This document shows, one piece after another, positions 43,001 through 53,400 of a stretch of 64,000 nt of DNA. Where the stretch lies: NCBI RefSeq assembly GCF_964355755.1, contig NC_092675.1, forward strand, positions 3,591,812-3,655,811, written 5' to 3'. The notes under the pieces are model-generated. The model had not been told where the DNA came from and made no database searches. It worked only from the letters and a program-made list of their open reading frames with translations. The translations under genes were made by a program, and so were the position numbers. Origin of the DNA: Antedon mediterranea. Its lineage: Eukaryota > Animalia > Echinodermata. Numbering within the stretch: the stretch's first letter is position 1; each line of letters begins with the position of its first letter.

Positions 43001-44798
43001 CACGAGAGGTTAAGGCATGCAATAGTCAACTATGTGGTGCAAAATGGTTTGCCTCAGAGTGGGGCCAGGTAAGGGTGCCTTTCAGAAGTTTTTTTACAGA
43101 GGCCATTGACAACCTTGTGGCCTGCACAGGGGATTGTTTTTTTTACCACTGCACCACTTTAATTCTCGTGACTACAACACTGCCTTTGAAGTAGACAATC
43201 GCCAGCAAAAATATAAAAATATCACTGATGTAAAATCTCTGTATATACTGAGGTATATTACTTGCACTGACTTTACTGATCCAGCTTGTAAATGTGGACA
43301 TGTTGAATAAGGTTGTTCGTCATTTACAAAATGTAAGTGAGGAAGAGAAACCTGTGTCTCACAGCCCAACTGAGCTGATTTTCACACAGTTGTGGATGGT
43401 ACATGAAAGGATCCCTGTGTAATGTACAGCTTCCATCAAACAGTGCTTACTCATCTGTCAATCTTACTGAATATACTGTATCAAGAATTTTGTATAAATG
43501 ATAGTGATAGTGAATGATAGTAACAGTGTTTAAAGTGATCTTGAATTTTCAAAGAGAGTGTCTAAATATTGCTTCCTATTTCAGTGTTCTGTAGAGTGTG
43601 GTGTTGGCATTCAGGCACGTGATGTGATGTGCATAAGTCAAAATATTCCTAAACGAATACTAGATGATAGTGCTTGTCCAGCCCGCTTAAAACCTGTGAA
43701 AGAACAGAGATGCGAGTTGACGTCCTGTTCACCAATGTGGTTAAAAACAGAATGGTCCACGGTAAGCCTTCTCAAAACATCTTTTTTAACTTATTTTATC
43801 TGTAATACAAAATATATTGTATTAAAAAATTTATTTTATCTTATGAATGAGTAATAAATATCTCTCTTGTCAACACTGATTATGATTAAACTTAGGTTTG
43901 CAGTACATCGTGTGTTTTTCAAAAAGTACAGTTAGTTGAGAATGTGTCAATGTTTCAGCTGGTATGCTGGTGAATATGGTTGTAGAACAATTAAAACGTC
44001 AAGACATTTTCAACCACACTTTATTTTCTTTTGGACACACATGATGTGCCTAAATTCACTATGCAAAGCTTTGAACAATATTTTAAAACTGTTTATTATT
44101 TTATGCAGTGTTCAAAAACATGTGGTACTGGTAGTCAAACGAGAGAAGTAAAATGTATGTCACACAATATGCAAGCATCAAATGAATGTGACGAAAGTAA
44201 AAGACCAGACACACAACAAGAATGTAACAAATTACGGTGTGCACTTAATACACAGCCAAGTGAGTATGATACTACTACCTTTATAAAATCAACTATTTAG
44301 AGATCATTATCTTACTGCAGTTACTGCAGTAGCTACATTTTGTTTCCCTGTTATAGTCATACTGAGAGTAGTTTAAGCTATGTTCACACTGAACTGAGCC
44401 TGTCTGGTCTGGTGGCCAGATGAATAATTGTTGGAAAATGGGTGTAGTGTTTAAGAATAGAACTGTTAGCACTAAATCATTTAAAATTTCATACAAAACG
44501 TATGTGTGTGATCGAAAAAAAGTAATGTAGGCCTGACAAAATCAATGTTTGATGTTAATTATAGCTAGTGTGAAGAAATTTTCTATCAAATTTTCTGCAG
44601 CTCAAGCAGAAGAAATTAAATTTAGAGAACTAGTAGAATTGTACAGAATATGTAAACAATGTATTTGTTTCTTACGCAGGTTCCACAAAGTGCACGGATC
44701 GTTATACATACTGTGATAAAGTTGCTCAAGCACGACTTTGCTCGTATGCCTTCTATAAAAAGTACTGTTGCCATTCCTGCTTTGGACGTAATAGATGA
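16036..44798 (+). CDS. THSD4: THSD4/ADAMTSL6-like (ADAMTSL4/6 clade) secreted ECM protein; 12-exon model, 3789 nt, 1262 aa
   Basis: Exons 16036-16098, 37925-38126, 38431-38603, 39098-39238, 39489-41568, 41679-41808, 42177-42381, 42480-42653, 42895-43068, 43585-43761, 44109-44259, 44680-44798, all GT-AG with matching phases. Domains: signal peptide, Cys-rich half (KVGCDG..DKCGVC), spacer, low-complexity insert, 6 TSRs, PLAC (VAQARLCSYAFYKKYCCHSC). The first exon is less certain; exons of a longer isoform may lie left of the window. Confidence 0.88.
16445..16572. mobile_element. Decayed Harbinger-like MITE (TGGTTCCCACTA end)
   Basis: TGGTTCCCACTA..GACGCAACGC start with an internal TTGACCAAT / TTTGGTCAA inverted pair; relatives near 51056-51275 and 57225-57330. 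Confidence 0.5.
18889..19050 (+). mobile_element. Decayed tRNA-derived SINE with a Deu/Nin-like domain
   Basis: A-box-like TGGCCAAGCAGG, B-box-like GGTTCAAGGCA, then TTCTGAGATATAGACTTTAAACTGGAGGTCCAGTGT, resembling the Deu/Nin core from memory. Confidence 0.45.
19092..19440 (+). mobile_element. Possible decayed L1/Tx1-clade LINE ORF2 fragment
   Basis: Stop-interrupted reading SNGNFLSST*RFVEYFLYLNCKFLL..NIISRI..STEKLFY..DKW resembles the post-RT region of Tx1 elements. Confidence 0.33.
23198..23372 (+). mobile_element. MITE family A copy with internal 21-bp triplication
   Basis: Same core and right TIR as 745-884; ACTACCATATTTGGG occurs three times. Confidence 0.8.
26550..26793. mobile_element. 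piggyBac-type MITE, 244 bp
   Basis: TTAA|CCCTTTGAAGAT ... ATCTTCAAAGCG|TTAA; internal CCCGTA..TACGGG. Confidence 0.8.
30505..30745 (-). mobile_element. tRNA-derived SINE
   Basis: Minus strand has A box TGGCATAATGGT (30737-30726) and B box GGTTCGAGACC (30693-30683), then a CCCTAGGCAAGATACACTT core-like body; no cloverleaf. Confidence 0.65.
30782..30905 (+). mobile_element. MITE family A copy
   Basis: AGCTCTATCTACACTATCAAACTTT...AAAGTTTGATAGTGTAGAC; flanks TTA and TAA. Confidence 0.82.
32182..32318 (-). mobile_element. MITE family A copy, reverse orientation
   Basis: CTCTGTCTACACTATCAAACT...AGTTTGATAGTGTAGACAGAG. Confidence 0.82.
32766..32836 (+). mobile_element. LINE/SINE 3' end
   Basis: Hairpin CAGCCTTCGGGCTG followed by an (AATA)n-type tail. 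Confidence 0.5.
37925..38126 (+). CDS. THSD4: THSD4-like exon: Cys-rich second half and spacer start
   Basis: tttatag|[27 protein letters not shown]...GYNDIVTIPVGAMYINITAAKSMNYL|gtaag, phase 0 to 1; absent from the ORF track. Confidence 0.93.
38431..38603 (+). CDS. THSD4: THSD4-like exon: ADAM spacer
   Basis: ttttcag|ALADTNGETYINGDWHIDTNGNYPAAGTMFQYKR...AEGPTDKDLIVQ|gtagg, phase 1 to 0. Confidence 0.93.
38617..39006. mobile_element. MITE with ~70-bp TIRs and AT target duplication (ISL2EU-like)
   Basis: AT|AGAGTTTTGTGGTG-TGACGTCAC..GGCGCTGCATGGTTGCTAGC..AAAAATGCGTTCAA mirrored at the right end, ending AGAACTCT|AT; the right arm has a 21-bp duplication. Confidence 0.85.
39098..39238 (+). CDS. 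THSD4: THSD4-like exon: spacer end and Thr-rich linker
   Basis: ttttcag|LIFQKTNPGVEYEYVIPTETSPTT...KHQ|gtaac, phase 0 to 0. Confidence 0.9.
39489..41568 (+). CDS. THSD4: THSD4-like giant exon: disordered S/T/P/N region, GYQPNG repeats, start of first TSR
   Basis: Within the 720-aa ORF 39462-41624; acceptor ttttacag at 39488, ends YLWQEVGLSDCSVTCAG(G)|gtaag; 2080 nt, phase 0 to 1. Confidence 0.9.
40641..41315 (+). repeat. Coding tandem repeats (75-bp and 33-bp units)
   Basis: ATTTCCACAAAGTGGCAGTACTCAAAAT recurs at 40811, 40886, 40961; CTCAAAATGGTTA recurs at 41131, 41164, 41197, 41230, 41263. Confidence 0.92.
41679..41808 (+). CDS. THSD4: THSD4-like TSR exon
   Basis: GTQHKVVICFNLQTANEAEDSYCDERYKPPTKTIICNTQPCPA; 130 nt, phase 1 to 2. 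Confidence 0.92.
41856..41989 (+). mobile_element. Helentron-associated (HINE/DINE-1-like) element
   Basis: CAAACGCGACTCTATAGCTCACTA-(GTCG/GTTG)n-...GCGACT..GCCATGTATATGGCCTTGTT. Confidence 0.68.
42177..42381 (+). CDS. THSD4: THSD4-like TSR exon
   Basis: WEVGMWSQCSRTCGRGMQMRQVIC...WKTGRWQT; phase 2 to 0. Confidence 0.93.
42480..42653 (+). CDS. THSD4: THSD4-like TSR exon
   Basis: CSAQCGDGVQSRDITCVDDN...CDTKWFIGDWPRQ; 174 nt, phase 0 to 0. Confidence 0.92.
42895..43068 (+). CDS. THSD4: THSD4-like TSR exon
   Basis: CSRECGGGQMARVTVC...CGAKWFASEWGQ|gtaag; phase 0 to 0. Confidence 0.92.
43585..43761 (+). CDS. THSD4: THSD4-like TSR exon
   Basis: CSVECGVGIQARDVMC...MWLKTEWST|gtaag; phase 0 to 0. 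Confidence 0.92.
44109..44259 (+). CDS. THSD4: THSD4-like last TSR exon
   Basis: CSKTCGTGSQTREVKCMS...CNKLRCALNTQP|gtgag; phase 0 to 1. Confidence 0.92.
44680..44798 (+). CDS. THSD4: THSD4-like terminal exon: PLAC domain and stop
   Basis: cttacgcag|SSTKCTDRYTYCDKVAQARLCSYAFYKKYCCHSCFGRNR*; TGA at 44796-44798. Confidence 0.93.
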
Positions 44799-46049
44799 TT
44801 AATTATTAAATGACATTATTAGAAATGTTAGAATTTGTACCTATGCATGAATAAATCATATGGCTGAACCCCATAGGAATATAGAACAATATCGTGCGAC
44901 TCTGTTTACAGCATTACTAAAATGGTGATATAAGGTAAATTATCATGCAAAGAACATGTATAACATACTAGCCTCACAGGAAATATTATCCTATAGGATG
45001 GCCTACTAAAAATGTAAACTAAGAGGTCTAGTTCACCAAATGTAGGCACCTATTGTAACGTTAGTCTAGATTAAATTATTAGATGATAATATGTATTTAT
45101 ATATAAAATACCAAACTAAATATGCTCTAGATGAATGTTTTTTCTTACTATGAATTTAGTAGCAACTAAAAATAATAATTTAGTTATATTTCATCAGATA
45201 TTTCTCAACATTTATACAGTATTATAATGTATAGTAATATAATAAGTAGTAGAGTTATGTTATTTTTAGATTTCAAAAAGAAATATAAAAGATATCAACG
45301 TTTTGTATTTTGTACATTATATGAATTTTATATATTTTAAAAATCTTGAATCTTGGTTTTCCTTCTTGATTAAAGGTAATTATAAATTGGCAACACTATT
45401 TCCCCATTGTAGATATATAAATAAATGTTCTATTAGAACCTATTTTGTACATAAAATTGTATAAATTTATTGATATTATTGGCATTAAGAATGTAATTTT
45501 GTACATTAGTATTGTTTGTAAACTGCTGCAAGCCTTAAATACATAAAGCATCAACTGGGTACCTGATATATTAAACTGATGTGGTGAATTTTTATCTACA
45601 AAATAAAATACTATATAACATTGTATATTTATGCACAAGAAGACAGTCTTTCAAAAGCATTTCTAATAGTTACAATAGTTTCTGTTACAGTATTTAGGTA
45701 TATTTTCTCAAATTATTTTCTTGTGAAGAAACGGTGGTTAATTTATCCACCCTCCCCTACCGCAACCCCCCTCCCCTACCGCAACCCCCTCCCTCTAAAC
45801 CTTCTGGTATATTGTTTGTCTTTGGTTGCAGCTGAGCACATAAATACCTAAAGCATTATGTACAATAACAATTAATTGGTTTTGTATGAATAGTTAGGTA
45901 GTCTATAAATAAATGTTATTTTAAAACAAGTGTTTTACTTCTGATCTGATAAATTAACTTTATTTGCTAATTAATGATGTACATAAAATTACATTTCATC
46001 ATCAATTAATATTAATGTCACATCGTGTCGAAGAAATTTCGTCATATTT

Positions 46050-46912
46050 TGTGAAAATTTCTGTGCTTTACGTATAGTACCATATCATCATCTTATCTCT
46101 CTTAGTGCCACGGGCGGCGTTTGAAACCCCAGGGGACATGCGTTGAACACCCATGGTCGGCGTTATAGTGTCATGCGACCACTTTATGTCGAAAAATAAA
46201 AAGGTTGAAAGTTTGTTATTTTTCGAGAAAATCCCTGTACTATAGTACAGGGATTTTTTGCAAAATCACGGGCCAAAATTTCGACCTTTTTGAAATCGAA
46301 TTAATATGCACTAATATTGCTATATGTTCACGTATAGTACCATATCATCATCTTATAGTGTCATGCGACCACTTTATGTCGAAAAATAAAAAGGTCGAAA
46401 GTTTGTTATTTTTCGAGAAAATCCCTGTACTATAGTAGAGAGACGAATAATGGGTTTTGCGCATGTCAATTGTGCTATGATGGTTGTGATAGCACAATTG
46501 ACATGCGCAGTACAGGGATTTTTCAAAAAATGGCAAATTTTCGACCTTTTTATTTTTCGATAAAACTGGTTACTAACGCGCATGTTTATTATGCAATAGT
46601 AACCATTTTTCGCCTCTGCGCATGTTTATTATGCTAATCAAAATAATATTATCTACACACGTGAAGAGCTAAAACAAGAACACGTATTGTTGATTATCTC
46701 AAAACTTTGCTTTATGCAGTTGAGTCGTTCTTTCATGACGGGGCAGTATAGTACAGGGATTTTCTCGAAAAATGACCAAATTTCGACCTTTTTATTTTTC
46801 GACATAAAGTGGTCCCATGACACTATAAGATAATGATATGGTACTATACATGAACATATTAGTGCATATTAATTCGATTTCAAAAAGGTCGAAATTTGAA
46901 TGATTTTGCAAA
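46050..46912. mobile_element. Foldback-like element with nested direct and inverted repeats
   Basis: Inverted arms ~46257-46434 and 46747-46912; partial direct copy ~46070-46245; perfect 30-bp palindrome at 46228-46257. Confidence 0.8.
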
Positions 46913-47374
46913 TAAAAATTTTACAATACATTTGTTAATACAATTTACTTTATTTAGAAAAAAAATAAGAATTCAATTCATTAGAGATATAAATACAGCA
47001 TGATATATGTTGGAAAATGACAGCAAAATTAATGAATTTACGCACTAATATTTATGTACAATATCAAAATACAAGCAGTGGTTTGAAATAGATTCATGCT
47101 TTTGGCAGAAACACTACATTGTTTGTTCTGTTTTGTTTATATTCATTAACACACTACTGAACAGTTCAATTTGACTGAAATATGTCATTGGTTTATAGAC
47201 ACTGTAGCTTTTAATTTATAGGTAAATATGCTTGCCTCGGAGCAATCCTGTACACAAGTGTCTAAACTCCACCAACAGTTCAAATTGAATAACTAGAAAT
47301 ATGATTATCATCACAGCTTGATGTTTTCATTATTATGACATCAATGATGGTGATGATGTCATCATGGTGTTTTC

Positions 47375-47478
47375 TCAAGTGGAACATGATTGACAGCATT
47401 GTATTTGATAGCTGTCAGAGTTGCATAGGTCAAGTTGTTTCACCAGTGGGCAGTAATGAGCAAGATCTTTGCAAGGTA
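47375..47478 (-). CDS. ADAMTSL1: ADAMTSL1/3-like terminal exon: PLAC domain and stop
   Basis: IPCKDLAHYCPLVKQLDLCNSDSYQIQCCQSCST*. Confidence 0.92.
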
Positions 47479-50400
47479 CTGTGAATTAAAAAGAAACACC
47501 GCATCAAATATTATAGCCGAGTTCTTCACTACAAGCATAAAATTAATGTTACAAACAATAAAGTAAAATAGCTAGGAAACAAAACAAAATGAGTATTAAC
47601 AGCATTTTTAAATACTAGAGTTTTCAGCCATTAAAAACAATTATCGTAGGAGGAGATAGGAAAATGCGAAGCATCCTTGTATTATTGTGTGTGGGTATTT
47701 TTCAAGATGGACATCCATTAGACAGTGTATACCACGATTGGAAAACACCCCTATTTGGGGAAAATCATTTGAACCTAAATTTGTTTTAATTGTCAATAAC
47801 TAATTATCGAACTTTAGTTAGTAAACAGGGTTACATCAGGTGGTTAAAATCAGTACCGAAAGTACGAACCAACTTTATATACCATCGAGTAAACATTCTA
47901 GAAATAACGCGCGATTTATAAAATTTTGCCTTTACATAAATTTATATATAGATTAGACCTTTCAACTTGGGCTCTATAATCACCTGAAGTTCTCAGTATC
48001 ATAGGGAATTCAATAGTGTTGTTCATTTGGGTAGGCATTACACTGATGGCTACCATTAGGTCAATAGGGTTCCTGTTAAGCTACTGTAGAGGAATACATT
48101 TACCTTTTAACATAATACTCAACATAATAAATTTTGTTTAACCTACTATTTTCACAAGGTTGTTGGTTGCATTGTTGTATGACGCTAGGCTGCCCTCTAG
48201 CGTTGCAAAAGTTTGTTGGTGCTGATCCTTTTGTTCCACCATAAACACAATCAATTTTTCTTGTTTGGAATCCATAAGGTCCACATGTTGCAGAACACTA
48301 AAAGATGTGTTATATAACATACATAAAATATTAACATAATATTGTGTTATTTATTTTATAGATATATATATATATATCATAACTTTAACAATTGCTGTTA
48401 ATTTAAATAAGGAAAGTTTGAATAGTGTTAATTTAATTCAAACTGCTGTAATACCAAGCACTCATGTTCATAATGGAAATAAAGCAGCTCTGGTATAAAA
48501 ATAAATTCAATGCATATGTGAACCTCACCAAAAACCACTCATTTAAATATAAAATCATATGTAAGGCCTAGGCCTACTATACTGTACCTCAGACCACTTC
48601 GTCTTTCTCCACTCTGGCCTGCACCTCATTGTTCGGCAAGGGTACAATCTCTTGGGTTTCTTAGCACTATCACAGTTTTTGCCTTGAATCATTACACCAT
48701 CCCCGTTTTCACAGTAAACTCGCCTCATCTTATAGGCAGTATACGACTCTGTACATTTGCCAGAACACTAGTAACAAAATAAAAATGGTTTAAAAGAAAA
48801 CAACAGATGAATTTATGGGGAAAAGAGAAAACAAAAGAAAGAGAAAGATATATAAATAATTGTATAACATATAAACTTATAAACCATTAACATTGCCTAG
48901 TAATACATCAAGGCGGACACAAAACAAAAACACTGGCGCTGATGCCCTGTCTGTGTGCGCACTTCCAGAATGTAAAAAAGGTATAAAATGACAAGACTGA
49001 AATTGTGTCACAAATAACAGGTAAAAGGTGATAGGTGTGGTGTTATTATACTAAACTTTTAATTGTACATATGGTTTTTGTTGTTCTGGTATGGGTTATG
49101 CAGAAAATTAGATCTCTTGTTTGCTTAATTGTAATTTTGGTTTACAAGTTAAAATTGCTTGGCCTCTGAGAAAATGAAAAAGGTTATTTTATGTTCATTA
49201 AAAGTCATGAATTTAAAGGATCACAAAACAATAACACAGTACAACATTTTCATAACGGTAGAGTGAAAGAAAAAATACCACTGGATACTCACAGATCCCC
49301 ATGGCTCAACCTTCCATTGGTTTGCACATCTGCCCTTGTTACATGGTATGGTATCATTAGGCCTTTTAATTCCAAAGTTCAAACATTCTTGATCAGGGAG
49401 CATTTCCTTCTTGTCATTCTGAGTCTCAACGCATGTCACATTTCGAGATTTAAAACCACCACCACAGGTTACAGAACAACTGCTCCACGGATCTTTATCC
49501 CAACCAATGGCAGAATTACTGTTGATAGAATTAAAATAAAATTTCATTGATAAACAGAAAAAAAACCCTCATATGAAGAAAATGAAAATAAAAAAGGTCT
49601 TTCTAGTGTATACAATAGACACGTTTTGTGCTCGCGAGGTCACCGTCAGTTTGACCTTTTAGTGGGTATACAATGGTAAACAAACACAGCGAGAGGTATG
49701 TTAAAGCATGGGAGAACTGAGAGATGATCATCTTAAAAAGCAATCGTCAAAACTAGCCTTTTGATGGAATGGCATGGTAAGGATGTTATTTATTTTCTAA
49801 ACTTATGTTTTATATTCACTGTAGAATTATTTGGGCATTTGGTTCGGAATCATCGACTTTATTTATGTATTGTCATTTTTGGTTTGACATATATAATTAC
49901 GGTGCATTTAATACATGTTAACTGTTGATTTTATTGACAAATGTTGCGTAAATATATTAATTATTATCTTTCATTCTTCTTCATGCTCCTATTGCATCTT
50001 CCATGTATTATGTGATGTTCTTCGGCGCTTAAACAGACACCCAAGCCTCCTAGGCCTAGTAGACCAAGTACCGCATCATCAGGCAACGCCACCGGGCGAG
50101 CGGAGAGACCCGAGCACATCGTGGACGTAGTCACGTACCTTTCCTTAAAAAATTTCCAAGATTTTGCGCCACTATCCTTCGGAGCCGACGCAAACCACTC
50201 AGCAAGTGTTTGAAAATTAAAAACAGGAATATTATTCAGTGATTTTGTGTAGTTAAATTCACGATTTATCCAACATATACAACATTTATGATGCACCTTG
50301 CAACAAAAGCACTCGGCAGTCGCCATTTCGCTATGCTTCAACACGCACTAGGCGAGAGCGGTGTTGGTTTGTTTACAAATCTATACCCACTATTTCTGAT

Positions 50401-53400
50401 TGGTCGCGAGCGAGAAACGTGTCTATTGTATATACACTCCTCCCTAGGAAAGTAGCGTAAAAAATAAGTCATACAGTATTTCCTTACCTTCCTGACAGTC
50501 CATCATCATCTGCAACATTAAAAAATATAAACTTTCAGTAATTACTTCATTTTGAATTCAATTGCAAATAACAAATGTCCATTTGATGAAATAATTTGTT
50601 ATTCTTACAATAAGAATTAGATAATATAAATATGTCTAAACAATAATAAATTAAACTAACTTTCATGTAAAAGCAGATTGAAATCTTCACTGACATCACC
50701 AGCGTGACACGTATAAATACCGCGGTCTTCTTTCTCAATCGCCAAAACCTTCAAGGTCCCGTCTTGCAGAATCTGGAATTTTCCATCGCCCCGTGAAATA
50801 GGTATACCATTTTTGGTCCAGAGTAGGTTAGTCTTTTTAAAATTGATTACTGGACACTTTATGAGGACGGTAGTGCCTTCGTATAACTTTGCGGTGTTGC
50901 CAATTTGTAGACGCACTTTATTCATTCGCTTCGTTTGAATCACACTTGTATTGTTTCCCAATATTTCTGCATAACATAATAAGGTAGTTAAATACTGCTA
51001 TTAATATATTGTGCTTTAGAAGTCTTTACAATGAATGAGTAACATTAAGAACTAAAGCTTGGTTCCCACTAGCAAAGCAACGTAGCGCAACATATGCAAT
51101 GTAAGAAAATTCCATTCCAATAATTGTGTTTGCCCCCCCCCCCCCCCCCCCCCCCCCGCCTGTCCTGAAATCAAACCTGCAATGTTTCCGGCACTGTTGC
51201 ATCGTCGATTCCCACTTTTGATTACGCAATACAGCACTTTGCGTCGATACGTCACGTTGTGTTACGTTCTAATGGCTTTATAGTAGACACATATCAAATT
51301 GAATAAATTATATTTATCAAAATAAAGGCTTAACTCAAAATAACTTAAGATCGTACCGACACACTTCTTCTGTCTACATATTTCACTTCTATTTGGCATT
51401 TGGTCCCAGTCACATGTCGAAACAATCTCAACTCTGTTGCTGCCAGTTTGCTGCACACAGAGTATAACTCGAATTCTTTGCCCTTCACCACACGTCGTCG
51501 AACACTAAATAAAAAAATATTATAAACTTCCATTAATTGTGAATATAATACATATGAAAGATTGAATGAATAAAGGTGGTGGTTAACCACAAAAGAGGAA
51601 AAAAAAAACTTCCAAGTTTATAAACGAAAGTACTTTAATACGTTTTTGCAGGAAAAAATATAGTTACTGCAGTAGAATAATTTTGACATGATCCCTTACG
51701 TCTGACCACTCTTTAGCAATCCATTCTGGCTCACAGTCTATCTGATTACAGTCTTCAGTCTCTCTAGGCTTTTGGTCAGCGGGACAAAGAGATGGGTCAA
51801 CTTCTACAATCTGTCGGTCAACGGTCTTCTGACGACAATAGACCATGCGTCGACGCATACCATTACCACATTCTCTTGAACACTATTAATAACAAACAGC
51901 AATGACATAAACAAGTAAATATACGGTATACATTTTTTTTGAAGTTTTAATCAATCTAAACAGTAGGTCTACTAACAATGCATCAACATAAGAGTTCTAA
52001 ATTCAGCCAAAATATGAAAGTCTGTCCAAAATATGTCAACTTGAGGGCGCTATTAGTTTTTTGATGTCAAATTGTACAAGATTTTGGTTCAAAGAGTGTA
52101 GATATAATTAGAGTTATGCTTCAACCTCTACTTGCAAAGCATAACAGATTCTTACAAAGGCTTAGTAAGTATGTTAGCCAAGAAGCATTACCATAGACCA
52201 CTCTCCCGGTACCCATTCAGCGTCACATGGCACTTCATTGCATGGTCTCGTCGATGTTGGTTTATGTTCTTTGCACATATAGTCATGAACTGTCTTCACA
52301 TAATTCGCTCCAAATTTCTGCATACAGAGATAGTGAGCCTCTTGAACACCACCTCCACAAGTCGCAGAGCACTCCCTGTAAATGACCAGTTGCCACCTAT
52401 AAAAATAAACAGATAAATAAATTAGGCGTATTCGACTGGTCGTTCGCAAATACAAACAGCGAGGAGTTTGAAGAGCTAGATCTGCTGATAATCAAATCAG
52501 TCCAGTTAAATACTCCTATAGTGTAGCATCATACAAGGTTGATATATCAAGACAATCAGGAAGGCATAGCAGTCCTATCACCATGTCCCACCCCAAAATA
52601 ATTGAACTGAAACTTTTGGCAATTAAAAAGACTTTTTACTGCTACTGTCAGTGACTTAATATGGTACTTAACCATAATGTCACTAGCAACCGACAGACAA
52701 AAGAGCAATATCTGTGTAATATTAAGATTTTAAAAAATTATAATTATACAGGAATGTTTCAAGAAAATGTTTTAGTATTATTAAGGGTAAAACTATAAAT
52801 ATTTTGCAAAATTTCTTTTGTTAATAAATTTTATTTTACTTTATAATTATATAAAATATATATATAAAATATGATACTGTATTAAAATATATTAGACTTA
52901 CATTGGAGGGCATGGGAAGTCATTACAAAGGTCTCGGTAGACTGGCAGCTTATTTTCAATGTCACAGAACACATCACTAACGAAATCAGTTGATTCATAG
53001 TCATAACAAGACACAATTGATTCACGATATCCTAGACAAAATATTACATTTAATAATAAGTTGATTGTCATTATTATAACAAGCCTAAATAAATTCCAGT
53101 TATTTGATTGGATGATTGTGGGTCACTTGGTTGATTAAAAAGACTTTTAAACGATCAAGTACAAAAAAATCTCAAGTCCAATTGCAAACATCACCACATG
53201 AAATTCAAGAGCTTTTTATTTTTAAAAAACACTTAGCTTGAGATCGTTTGTATGATTTTGGTAAATTAATGGGAACAACTTAGATGGAAAATAGGAGAAA
53301 TAGCCAGTTTCAATATTATTAACCAATACATAAATGCACTGACCTCCAGCACAAGAGAGACTGCACTCTGTATGCCCATTGAACCGCCACATATAACGAG

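Noticed and set aside
46050-46912. CRISPR-like array or coding ORFs
   Set aside because: Repeats are long, nested and inverted with no unique spacers or cas genes, in a eukaryotic context.
49964-50344. 126-aa minus-strand ORF as a host exon or nested gene
   Set aside because: Lies inside a TIR element, starts at a non-ATG codon and is not needed in the gene model.
51026-51255. Poly-Gly ORFs
   Set aside because: Produced by the intronic C25 run inside a decayed MITE.
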